Shown one piece after another: positions 1 to 11,295 of a stretch of 64,000 nucleotides of DNA (its first letter is position 1; each line of letters begins with the position of its first letter). Source of the DNA: Azolla caroliniana (taxonomy: Eukaryota > Plantae > Polypodiophyta); NCBI GenBank assembly GCA_043228905.1, contig JBHGNT010000013.1:1798001-1862000 (forward strand), given 5' to 3'. A program made the translations under genes and the position numbers. The notes below the pieces were generated by a model. The model saw only the letters and a list, made by a program, of their open reading frames with translations. It was not told where the DNA came from and ran no database searches.

Positions 1-185
1 AGGGGGAACCTCTTGCTTACTCACAGTCCGAAAGTACATTCACTGTACTCGTTATATGTCACACTCAAAGAGGGTGACTTGTTTATGGTCGATATTCTCG
101 TGTCATCACTATGGCGTGGAAAACTCGGACACCTCAACAAGGCTGGCATCACGCATTTATCCAAAGTCGGATACATCCCCAACTC
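1..185 (+). mobile_element. Ty1/Copia pol fragment (GAG-pre-integrase region), decayed
   Basis: ORF 13..231 reads SSLWRGKLGHLNKAGITHLSKVGYIP, matching the Copia pre-integrase pattern LWHxRLGHxxxxG...L.K.G.IP. Confidence 0.6.
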
Positions 186-244
186 TCATTCTCATAGTGA
201 TTTAAGATATGGGTATGCACTGTGTACATGATTCAAGAGGATGC

Positions 245-270
245 ACACACACACACACACACACACACAC
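245..270. repeat. (CA)13 microsatellite
   Basis: Directly visible. Confidence 0.95.
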
Positions 271-451
271 AGATTATCTTGCATTAACTTTCGAACTCAT
301 CCTTTTTTACCAAAAACATATTCTTCATTAGTATAAATTGTACCTACATGACAAAATGATTAGACTAACAACATTATAAAGGTCATAGCCGTGATAGATC
401 AATAAAAACTACAAAGACTCACAGTATAAAACTACAAAGAACGGTGAACAC

Positions 452-1020
452 CTACAAGAATCTTCTTTCTATCTCATGTAACCATTGGCTTAAGCACTGA
501 ACTGTAATGAGAACATTGCAAGAGACTATCTTTCGAATTGGAAACATATCAAACAGTTCATGTACTTTCTCTAAGACTCCACACTTAGCACATAGATCAA
601 GCCATGCATTGCCAACAACATGGTTTCTCTTCAGCTTGCCCATCTCCTGGTTGCTCTTCAGTCTGCCCATCTCCTCAATCTTTACATGCATTTCTCTATC
701 CTTTTCTATTGGTCCAATGCTAGCAGCAACTTTTATAGTACCTACAAATGTGACAAAAGCTTCAACCTGGTTTCGAATTGGAACCATATCCTGTAATGAG
801 AACATTGTAGGAGACTATCTTCATCTCCAGAAATTCATTGAAGTTGCATCTTCTTGACTTGATCAGCGTGTCCTCACCTTGCTCCTCTTTTTGCTTTTTC
901 AAGTGAGCCAACATGTGAACTATTCATCTGGGATGATCCCTTAACATTGCCTATGCTCTAAACCTTCCAACTTTCATGAAGACCAGTCGTGCTATTAATG
1001 GCTAACATGACATGACACCA
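452..1020 (-). pseudogene. PLS-class PPR gene fragment
   Basis: ORF 452..805 has PPR-like text (VTFVGTIK...IEKDREMHVKI...VVGNAWLDLCAKCGVLEKVHELFDMFPIRKIVSCNVLIT). It is short and degenerate, with an internal duplication (EMGRLKSN/EMGKLKRN). Confidence 0.7.
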
Positions 1021-2108
1021 CATCATGAACTGAGATCTTATTGACTACATCTCTGACTTGATCTATCCTACCACCTTTTGGATACATATCCATTAAATAA
1101 AAAGCATTTCTTTCCACTACCCTATTCCCAAGGTAAGTAACCCACTTATATAGTTAGGTTAACTATGTGTTCACACAAGAGATACAAGGTGGGCGTAGTG
1201 GGATTTTTATCCCAACAAACTCCCTCGTAAAAGGACTACTCTGTCTGCATACAATGATATGGTTATCTCCCTCGTAAGCTTAAATTACAACTTGAATTTA
1301 AACTATAATGTATGTTACAAGCCATTAGGAGGGACAAAATCCTAACACCTTCAACAAGATTTGAGAGGTTGAACTTTGTTGTTGAAAAGATAACACGATT
1401 GCTTCAAGTTGTTGGACATGTTTAGAGAGTTCCTCATGTTGCTATGCCTTTTCAACACTTACTTGTTGCAAGTGTCCAAGATGTTTTTGATTCTCTTGTT
1501 CCAATGTGACAAATTTTGTCATTAGGAGGTCAAGTTGTGATAGAATACACATATACTCTTGTTTACTAATGGTCTCCATTGTGACAAGAAGATTCATCTA
1601 GATACCCGAGGAGAAAAAATGAGTGGATTCCGGTTCAAAATATCATGACCAAAGCTTAGAAAACGATGTTGATTTCGAAGAAAAGAAGATAATAACGAAA
1701 CAAGAATACAATAATAGAACAAGAAGATGAGAATTTACAAGTATTACTTGGAAACCAAGATGACAAGGGTGCTGAAGACTAGGGTTAAATCGGAATGGTT
1801 CAACACTAAGTAGACCTTCCACTTATATAGCATACATAGGATCACGCATGATTGCCACTTGGCATACATATTGTGTGCCACTTGACGGACATGCATGCAT
1901 GCCATTTGGCAATCATCCATTGTGTCCAACCACATAACTCTACATAATAATAATAATAACATAAAAACACATTTGTAAATTAAAATAAGTGGATGTGATG
2001 GTCAGAGTGTAAGATTCTTGTGTAAAGGTTACAAGTTGATATTGATATTTTGTGAGAAACCCCAACGGTTCGATGCACTCACTGATCACAAACTTTACGG
2101 AGAAAATT

Positions 2109-2240
2109 TGGTGAACCCAACATGAAGCGTCGACAAGGGGGAGTCTCCGATAGAAGAGATGGCTGAGAGTGGCTTCAATGAGGACGTGGTCAACTTCATG
2201 ATGACCATGTTAGGGCGAATGATACAAGAGCAAAGTGCAA
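2109..2240 (+). mobile_element. LTR-retrotransposon remnant: tRNA-Trp-type PBS followed by possible gag start
   Basis: TGGTGAACCCAACATGAA at 2109-2126 vs TGGTGAACCCGACGTGAA, the complement of the plant tRNA-Trp 3' end as I recall it. Both mismatches are CpG-type. Followed by MAESGFNEDVVNFMMTMLGRMIQEQ. Confidence 0.45.
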
Positions 2241-2273
2241 GCTAACCGATTGGAAAAAAATACCAGAAATTGT

Positions 2274-2378
2274 GGAGCCTCAGGGGCATTTTTGGGAATT
2301 AAATGATTTCATTTCCTCCGAGGGGCATTTCGGGAAAATACTGGAAACTGAGCCTCAGGGGCATTTTGGGAATTAAAG
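2274..2378 (+). promoter_or_regulatory. Three direct copies of an AGGGGCATTT(T)yGGGAA-type motif just upstream of MRL7
   Basis: Copies near 2282, 2321 and 2357; two carry the extension GAGCCTC...GGGAATTAAA. The function is inferred only. Confidence 0.4.
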
Positions 2379-2473
2379 GATTTCCTTCCTCATAATGAGA
2401 ACAACTCACAAAGAAAAGGCTCTCTTCTCTGCTCTCTGTCCTTCTGAAGTGAAGACCGTAAGCGAAGAAGGCT

Positions 2474-3277
2474 ATGGCGGAAGCTACCCTCGTCTCCCTG
2501 CACCGTTTCACTCTCCCAGCGTTCGTGCCTTCTCTCAGACCTCCTCCTCATCTTCGTCTCTGCCGCGGGCGCAACAGTGAAACTGTATGTAACCGTGTGA
2601 ATTCCGAGATAGAGAGAGGTGAACTATGGTATAGCTAATTGTAATGAATATCAATGGAACCTTTTTTTAGTATGTATTTGTTAATTTCTACATTTTCTCT
2701 GCTTATTCTCTTCTTCAATTAACGTCTTTTTAATGATAATTCAGTTATAGCGGTAGTTGTGACCTTTTTGTTGGAAACTTTGTTTCTTAGAGCCTGGATG
2801 CAATAAACTACTTTCATGGCCACTTTGTTTATGGTTTTGTTTACATATGAACGCATGAATCTTTGGGGCCTTCGTGTAGTGAATAGTTGTTTCTAGATTT
2901 TCTGATACAATTTTCTTTGTTTATTTTCTTTTGTATCATGGTCACTCTGGCCTTGTGTTTTATAACATTGTGATTGCATACTTACCTTCAGAGGAATGTG
3001 ATAATGGTGATGGTGATGATGATTAGGTGGCTATTGTGAGCATATCATCAGTATATCACTCAAATAATGTTACCACATTCCATCTCTTAAACTGTTTGCA
3101 CATGTCTTGTGACCAGCTAGAGGAGAAAATTTTGTTTTTATTGTGTTTTCTGCATTTTGCTCATAGAATCTTATGTTTAGATGGCTAGGGTATGTGGTGC
3201 CATGTCCTTTGCTTTAGCCACATAGTTGTGGAGGGAGAGGGAAGGAGGGAGGGAGATAAATTATTAATGTTCACACA

Positions 3278-3325
<48 letters not shown>

Positions 3326-6300
3326 AATTGCAGGTGTTTTGCACTTCGTCTGCCTCAGATGAAGTGGGCAACAAGTTTCCTAATGGTGCTTCTAAGAGGG
3401 TCACTAGTTCAAAAAGAGGAAAAACCCGGCAATCCCTTGGTTTAGAAGAAGCAAAGCTAAATAACTCTCAAGAATCTGTATCCAATATTAGGTCTTCCCC
3501 AGTATCCCCCTCCATTTCAACTGATGTGGAAAATAATGTTGCAACTATGTCTGAATCAGATAGTGATGCCACATCTTATATTAAAAGAGACAAGAGTAAA
3601 GGTTTCGAGAAAAAAGAAAGTGATGATGGAACCATGTCTTTTGATGAGTGGATAAAAAAGAATACAAATATGTCTGGCCCTTCAAAGGCCCCCATCTCTC
3701 GAACGTCGAAAGAGTTTGCCAAACAAGTTCAGGACTTCATAAATGCGGATCTTGAACGCAAATATAAAAACGATGACAGTATCAATAATGAGAATGAAGA
3801 AGATGATGATGAATTTCCTCTTTATATGGACGAAGATGATCCAAATTGGCTAGATGAGCCCGATGAAGGATGGGGCTTTAGGATTTCAGATCTTTTCACC
3901 GAGAACTTTGAAATAAAAAAGGTCAAGAATGAAAATGATGATGAGAATGATGATATCAAAGATGTTCCCGATATTGAGTGGGATCTTCAACCAGAGACTT
4001 GGTCTGCCAAAGATGTTGATTCCATGAACTGGAGAGAGACAGTGTTTGATGATCCAAGTCCATTAGTTGTGGTATTGTATGAGAGATATGGCAATAAGTA
4101 AGCAGCAAAGACCTTTTATTTTTGTCCTTATATGAATGAGGTTGATCAATCAAAGCTAATTTCTTCATTGTACTCATTTGATAGAGGCCGTGAATGTTAC
4201 CATGTGCTTCGGGAGCTGGAAGATGCAGCAAATCAGATATGGAAGTCTAATAGATTGCCTCCACGGGTACTCAATCTCATTTCTTATTGTTGCTTCTGTT
4301 ATGCAAAATATGGTTGAATCTATGTTACTATGGCTTTTCACAACACATTACTTGAATTGATGATTGATAAATTTAATATTTGAGTGGTTATTTTCTTTAA
4401 ATTTAATTGTAAATCGGGATAGTTTTTGCATCTATCTGCAGAAGGTAATAACGTCTAATGGGCATGAGTATGTGTTTGCTTGTAGTGTTATAGAAATATT
4501 TATAGGTTTCCTGTATCCTCATGCCCTTGAACTCAATTGTATGTAGGTATATTTGTTTCATAGAGTTGTAACTTTTCATAATGATTATTTATTGGCAGTT
4601 TCTAACTCACGGAAAGCTCTTTATTTTTTAGTTAGCGAGAGTAAATGCCTCTTTGGAGATAGATTTGATGAGAGCTTTACGGATCAATGAAGTTCCAACA
4701 TTTCTGTTTATAAAGGCAGGAAAGCTTCAACATCAACAATCAGGTGAATTCATTTACACAGATGCCTAATATATAGATATAAGATCTCTCATGGTTGTTC
4801 TAGAAACCTGGAGTTTTAAGTTGACGAATAATATGATGTCAAATTTATATAATTTGACATAGTATTGGATATATTAGATTCTGCAACCTTGAGAGCCCTA
4901 AGTTCCTTATTGATAGATAGGTGTTATATGTATATAAATATAGATAGATAGATAAATAGATAGATGGCATAAATGCCAACCTTGAGTAGCTTCATTTAAG
5001 GAGCCCCCAAAGCCATTGGATAAGAGTAACTGATTGGAATAATGCCTCAGTGATTATTGGAACTACTTCCATCTCTACTCGAATTTTATCGTGGGGCACT
5101 GATGCTTTGCTCCTTATCATGCGGACAATCATTGAGATTAAAGGTCTATCCAAATGTTTCTAGTTATTTGCCTTGTGAAGGCTCAGTCCCAAGTTCTTAG
5201 TCTGAAGAGAAGAGTCCTCAGAGAAGAGTCAGTATGACAAGTATATCGAATAGCCACGTGTTAGGTCATGGCTCTTGGAATTGTATATGTGCACATTGTC
5301 TTCCAAGTGCATTGTTTATCCACAAGAAAGTCGAGCACATGCAGGCATTCAGCAGTCGAGCATTGCTCCTTACAATGTGGGCAATCATCGAGACTAAAGG
5401 TCTCTCCAAATCTTTCTAGTTATTTGACTTATGAAGATTCATTTCCTAGGTTTCTACTCAATAGAGAAGAGTTGGCGTGGCAAATATAGCAAATAGCCAC
5501 AATTTCGTTTGTGGCTCTTGGAACTGTATATGTGCACATTGTCTCTCAAGAGCACTGTGTATCCACAAGAAAGGTGAGCACAAACAACCTCCTATAATGA
5601 GAACTGAGGCCTTGTAAGTGTTACTCCTACGTATGTGTAGGATTGTGTATATGCCACCTTTTCCTCTCCCAAGAAGAATTCTGGTTCTGATCTTGTTATC
5701 CACCCTTGAGTGGTGTTAAACACCATCACTTTATTATCTAGGTTTACCAACAAACCTTTGTCCATTGAAAATGCTTTCAAATATTTCGATGTTTTTGTAG
5801 CTCCTAAACCACCAAACCTCTCTATGTAATGTGATACCTCATCATATAGAGACCGAAGAGAGTAGGTGATAGTGGGAGTCCTTGTTTTACTCCAATGTGC
5901 TACTCACAACCAACCTATTGGTATGAAAGTAAGTGAGTAGCCAATGTTTAAGAACTTTACGAATGAATGTTCCAATTAAGAGTGCACACAGTGACAATGA
6001 GTGAAATTAGTCAAGGAATTCCTCGTGCAACAGCAGCCGGGGTTTGAGAAAGGAATTGATCGTGATACCAAACTCGTCCTTTCAACACAAGAAAAGAAGT
6101 CAATGAAAATTATCGGATTAGCCAGATTCCAGTCTAAATTCACTTTGAACTCTTCACAACCCCATCACTCGCTTATAGAGATAGGGAAAAAGGGGGTTTG
6201 CAGGGCTGGTTTCATTCAGGTCAATAATACACCCATTCCTGTTTCGGATTAGCTCAGTTGGTAGAGCAGTGGCCTGTTAATCCATGGGTTGCAAGTTCGA

Positions 6301-8727
6301 GTCTTGCATCCGGAGAAAGTAACTGAAATAAACATGAGAATTGATTGACCAGAGGTTTTAAATAGGCCTGCATGAATTGAATCAGCGGAAATAAAAAAAA
6401 CCAAATCATATAGGTTAAATGGTAAGTAGATTGAATGGCAAGTATTGGTAAAAAGCTAGCCAAAGAAAAGATGGAGAGTTGCTTGATCCTCTTCTTCCAT
6501 TCCGCATGAGCGAGGTATTGGTGCTTTTATAAGACGTGAGGACCTTATTGATACCACTAATCTTGTATACAAAAAACCTTGAAATCAGCTCAAACCTAGA
6601 ATTCTTTAATCTGATCTACGAACGAGACGATGCTTGATACATTGCCTTCTCCCGCACACTCGAATCTTCACATAATCGAAGACGTGTGAAAAACATAGTT
6701 GAATGTGATCAAAGTGTATACTCAATGCTCCCAAACTTGTTTAGGGAAAAATATGCATAGTTGACTAAGTATGGAAACAATGGTTCAGATGACAAAACAA
6801 CAAAGCATAGTTGAAGATGTGTGGAAAGTATAGTCAAATGTGATCAAAGGTGGGGAGCATTGTATCAAAGTATGACTCCCAAACTTGTTTAGGGCAAAGT
6901 TTGCACAACGCCTTACCTCACATTGTAGTGAACGTGAGCTAAATCACACGGAAACAATGGTTCAAATGGCAGACAATGGGACGGCCTCTAGCATCTATTG
7001 GTATGTACAATCCATACGTCAAAGAATATGGTTTTATAGTTATCTACAATATATGTAGTACAATGTGTGAAGCATAAGCCTCCACATCTTCACATTTTTC
7101 CCATGTCACGAGATAGATAGATAGATAGATAGACTTTTTTAGTGTTCGTAGAGAAGCCAATATTGACCCATAGGACCTAAATACAAAAGTTATCTTGATG
7201 TTTGTCTCCTTCCTAAGAAGGGATATTCATACTTTGAAGCATCAAATCTCGATGTCTGAATAAGGCATACACATATGAGCGCAACCTTCCTTCTCTTTAG
7301 TGTGACGCTCAAGTCATCAGCCCCTCTTAATATAACCTTCATCTTTGTTTGTCTTCAACCTTCCTCTTTAGGATGATCAAACTCTTTGTTTGTCTTCAAC
7401 CTACATCTTGTTGGTATAACCTGGCCATCATTTCTCCCAAGCCTGATGCACTTCAAGTTTTTCCATTATTTCTCTATAACTTTGCTTTAGGATTTTGATG
7501 AAAGTCTTCCAGAAATCCACAAAAGAATAGTAGTGGTTGTCCTCTATGCCCACTCTCCTCCATTCCTACCCAGTCCAAAGAAATGAGATGATCAATAATG
7601 CTATATTTTGGTTCGAAACAGGCTTGTCTTCCTGTATTTTTTATTTCGTTCCCCAAGTTGATGTTCAGTAATGCTGCCTAGAAGTTTAACCTCCCATTAT
7701 AATCATGTGTAGTTAGTTGATTTCTATTCTCTCCTCTATGTAGTGTCTTGACCCAATTATCCTACCAATCTCAAGAAATACCTTTGTATAGTGTCTTGCT
7801 TGATTTAGTAATGCATATATCCATTTTTTAGCCAAGGAGCCAGTCCATTTTGGCACTTTTGAAGTGTTCTTTAATTTTTTTCGTCACTTTAGCCTGGCCA
7901 TTTTGAAACTTCTTCATTACTTTCATTACGTTTAGAGAGATAGATGATTTTGTCATCGTCTTCGGAGGTCAAATATGACCTATGAGACCATAGAGAGAGA
8001 GATTCTCTCCTCTTTAATCCCACGGATGATAATGTTCTTTGATTGCTCACATTCTTTCAATTCTCAAACATCGATATTTTCTACATTCTTCTCTTGATTC
8101 ATCACATACATAATAGATGAGTTCAATACCACATCCCTGCCACATACATCGGCCCATGACTTTGTTGTGCATACATTTTTCATCTCACTTACATCTCGCC
8201 TCAATGTGTCTATATTTTCTTCTTTTAATACTTCTTTTAACTCAAATCTTTTAAGGCGCTCACTTGTTTCGAATGAAGCTTTCTTACATTCTTGAATCTC
8301 TTCACAATTTGCAACCATTCTCTTAAGATCATCATTCTTAATAACAATTTGTAGCTAACCATTCTCCTTCATTAGTGTCATAATCTCTTCACCTTGCTTG
8401 TTTATGGTTTCTTGAAGAGAAATCAAGTGACTCATAAGCGTTTTCTTCATTGTGCCTAAATTTGTTGCATTAGTATCAAGAACCATTGGTGATCTTGGCT
8501 CATTATTTATCATACTCTCAAGCTTTGTGGGCGCCACCTTACGAGTGTTTGCCATTGTAGGACCAAATCCTACAAGAATTATGCCTCTGAAACCTATTAG
8601 CTTTAGTTGATTACAAAACTAATCTTGTTAGATCATATCGTAGATCTTGTTGTGAGCTTGGAATCAAGCCATAGCTTGTCAAAATGAGACTTGTGTGACC
8701 AAGTCATAGCTATAATAAACTTGAAGA

Positions 8728-8780
<53 letters not shown>

Positions 8781-8926
8781 TCCACTCACCAAGGGTTTTC
8801 TAGGGTACAGGTTATTTCACAGCTGATAACCTGATGAGAATGATCGGTTATTTTTACCATGGAGCTGGTAGGCCGGCATGTTTGAAGAAGGTTCAAGCTC
8901 CCGAAAACATTTCCAATACATCCTAG
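2474..8926 (+). CDS. MRL7: MRL7/MRL7L (RCB/NCP, SVR4-family) plastid thioredoxin-like fold protein, 394 aa
   Basis: Exons 2474-2584, 3334-4097, 4185-4266, 4632-4743, 8811-8926; all GT-AG; 1185 nt in frame. Transit-peptide-like N-terminus, acidic middle (DEDDPNW...DEGWGF), then WRETVFDDPSPLVVVLYERYG...RELEDAANQIWKSNRLPPR...EIDLMRALRINEVPTFLFIKAGK...TADNLMRMIGYFYHGAGRPACL, matching the MRL7 C-terminus. Confidence 0.88.
3281..3324. repeat. (AG)22 microsatellite abutting the exon-2 acceptor
   Basis: Directly visible; followed by caattgcag and then the exon. Confidence 0.95.
4911..5810 (-). mobile_element. Degenerate LINE 3' fragment (same clade as 43668-46490) with (GATA)n at its 3' side
   Basis: Minus ORF 5592..5780 (GLLVNLDNKVMVFNTTQ...YTYVGVT) is the end of a LINE RT. 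The reverse complement of ~5005-5130 resembles RSKSTVPHDIIRAE...EALFQ in the 44.9-kb LINE. Internal duplications; GATA repeats at 4911-4965. Confidence 0.7.
6001..6690. other. Probable organelle-derived insert (NUMT) carrying trnN; boundaries uncertain
   Basis: Unique-looking sequence around a bacterial-type tRNA, between repeat remnants in MRL7 intron 4. The origin is inferred from the tRNA only. Confidence 0.4.
6243..6315 (+). tRNA. trnN: tRNA-Asn(GUU), bacterial/chlamydial-type, probably a pseudo-tRNA
   Basis: 73-nt cloverleaf: acceptor TTCGGAT/ATCCGGA plus discriminator G; D-arm GCTC-AGTTGGTA-GAGC; anticodon arm GTGGC-CT-GTT-AA-TCCAT (one C:T mismatch); T-arm GCAAG-TTCGAGT-CTTGC. Confidence 0.9.
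7111..8560 (-). mobile_element. Heavily deleted LINE (ORF1-like coiled-coil remnants plus RT remnant) with (GATA)n at its 3' side
   Basis: 7474..7656 GRQACFEPKYSIIDHLISL...MEES...GQPL resembles the RT segment GQAGFRxxHSTIDHLxTL..MEES. 8064..8555 encode coiled-coil ORF1-like text with KSWADV. (GATA)5 at 7111-7132. Confidence 0.65.
8731..8776. repeat. (AG)23 microsatellite 34 nt before the exon-5 acceptor
   Basis: Directly visible. Confidence 0.95.
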
Positions 8927-9333
8927 AAGATGACAATACAATAGATATGTACATAAAGGTTCACCAAAGTCATTTTTATGGGTGTTTTGAGGTAGGACAT
9001 TGATGCAAGTTATGCATGAAATTTGTGCGAGTGAACACAATATACGACTTGCAATGTTGTCAATGTTACTTCATGAAAATTTTGAATGTATACTTAAGTC
9101 AACCTTCACAACTAAACTACGAGAGACACTAGATGTAGATGTAACTAACAAATTTGATATGATTTGTTGGTCTATTGTTGATTGAACACATGATACTTCG
9201 ATTTGACAAAACATGCTATAATGAGACTGGGGTCATAAATATTAGAGAAATCTCTCCTTTTGATGGATGCAGTGTAAAATGTCAGAGTTTTAAGTACCAT
9301 AATTTCAGCACTATTTGGTCAATCTTTTGTACA

Positions 9334-9531
9334 ATGATCTCCCTAATCTATAGTCACAATAAATAGCAACCAATGTAGTTTAATACTCACTTTAATGATC
9401 TCCTTGGTTTATGGTCACAATAGATAGTCCTGAAAAGCAACCAATGTAGTTTCAATACTCACTTAAATGATATCCTTGGTCTATGGTCACAATGGATAGT
9501 CTTGAAAAGCAACCAATGCAGTTTCAATACT
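9334..9531. repeat. Three tandem copies of a ~60-72 bp unit
   Basis: AATGATCTCC...GGTCACAAT...AGCAACCAATGTAGTTTCAATACT recurs three times. Confidence 0.85.
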
Positions 9532-10891
9532 TGTGTTGAGAATATGTTTTCATGTGCTTGCTATTGCTCTCCAAAAATCTTCTACCAATGGTAATGCTTC
9601 ATCTCACTTTAACATGCAAGACTCAACAAATGTCCTCTACCTAACAACTTTCTTAGATGTACATGACATGTAGATGGTGGTGATCTGAAGGTTATTTATG
9701 AAACTACATTGGCACCTATCATGCATTATTACATATGGGAACATGTTCATAGAAGTCGTATACCAATAAGAGAGTTTCATAAGTATAAGTAAGGATCTTT
9801 ATGTACTCAAACATGTAAAAATGTAAATGTATTGTATGAAAGACACATTGATGTGTTGTGAACTTACATTGACACTAAATTATATTGATGAACTCCTCAA
9901 TTCATGGTTATGTCAACTAATTGTTCAATCATTAAGTGATTTGCTGCATTGACTTTGCTAGGTTCATGAATACAATCTAAGAGAGCCAAAAATGTGTCTC
10001 CTTAAGATAAGCAAATATCCTATAGAATTGCTATGAATAAAGACGAATCATGATGTCTATTCAGGGTGGGTTAATTGAGGTTAACTTAGTGCTTTTGAGT
10101 AGTCAATTTATTCATCACTTAATGCAATGAATAATACTATAAGTAATTGCAAGTTGTAAAGGCATTTAACATGCATAGTAGTGATTTGATGATAAGGTTG
10201 CCTATCATCAATCGAATCACTAAGCATGAGAGCAACTATTTGAGAGGGTTCCACTTCGAGTGAGAGTTCGTATAACAAGGTCACTTAACATTTCCTACAA
10301 GAGCTTGATAGTCCTTGGAAGAAGTAAAACCAAAATCTGAAAAATATTCAATTTTTTGACACTTCGCTTATTGGTTGGAATAAACTTGGGTTGTATAAAA
10401 GGAATATATATGGAAATAAAAGTTTGGAATATTGGTGAGAGTTACCACAATAGAGCCTAGGTTTAGAATCTAACTAGTAACTACCGAGCAAAATGATAAC
10501 CAATTGCTTCCAAATTTGTAGTTACCCCTTGTAATAGCATTGTTATAAAAAGTTGCTTATCAATTTAGAGAACAACTCATATAGTCAATGCGACTCAAAG
10601 AAATTATATTGTGGATGCATTCTGACAAATTGTAACAAGGTACCATTACTGTTGGAACATTCTATATCATTTGACAAATCAACACAATGAATTGGACAAA
10701 ATTCAATGTAACTAAGGTATGAGTCACATGGACCAATTAGTGTACAGTGGAAATGTTAAGAATTAGGTAATTAAGTACGGATCAATTAGTACCTAATTAT
10801 GTAATTAAGCAACAGAAGATTATGTGATATGTGTGTATGTATGTGAGAGTGTGAGAGGAAGAGAGAAAGAACACTTATGGACAATGAGATA

Positions 10892-11295
10892 TGTTGAGAA
10901 TCATGCTCAACTTGGTCTAGTGTGTGAACTCACCTTGAGAGTGAATAGACACTCCAACGGTCAAGAGTCACCATTAAGTCACCTCTTTGTATTCTAGCAT
11001 TTAGTATGAGTCATAGAATCATATTCTATGACACATAACTTATGTGTTTTCACATTCCCCATGCTCCATGAGCCTTGTAGTTAATGAAGAGAGAGGGTGA
11101 CTATATAAAGCACCCTCCTCCCACCTTGTATTTAGTTGAGTCTTTCTCCTTTGTTAATACAATCTACCTTGCGTATTCTCTGTGTATTATTTATTGTCTC
11201 TCTCTCACTTTCTCTCTCTCTCTCTCTCTCTCTCTCATACACACACATAACTCACATCTCTTCCGCTTCACAAGAATCATATCCGATTCTTTATA
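10892..11295 (+). repeat. Copia A 5' LTR
   Basis: Starts TG, contains TATATAAAG at ~11102, ends immediately before the PBS. Confidence 0.88.

Noticed and set aside
1600-1961. Possible minus-strand solo LTR (TGTT start at 1961, TATA-like CTATATAAG)
   Set aside because: No second copy, clear end or TSD in the window to support boundaries.
3328-4743. Redox-active thioredoxin, or a 3'-truncated gene
   Set aside because: There is no CxxC motif, and the missing last exon was found at 8811-8926.
6243-6315. Plastid trnN (NUPT) or native cytosolic tRNA-Asn
   Set aside because: Acceptor and anticodon stems differ from both as I recall them, and no plastid inverted-repeat neighbours are recognisable.
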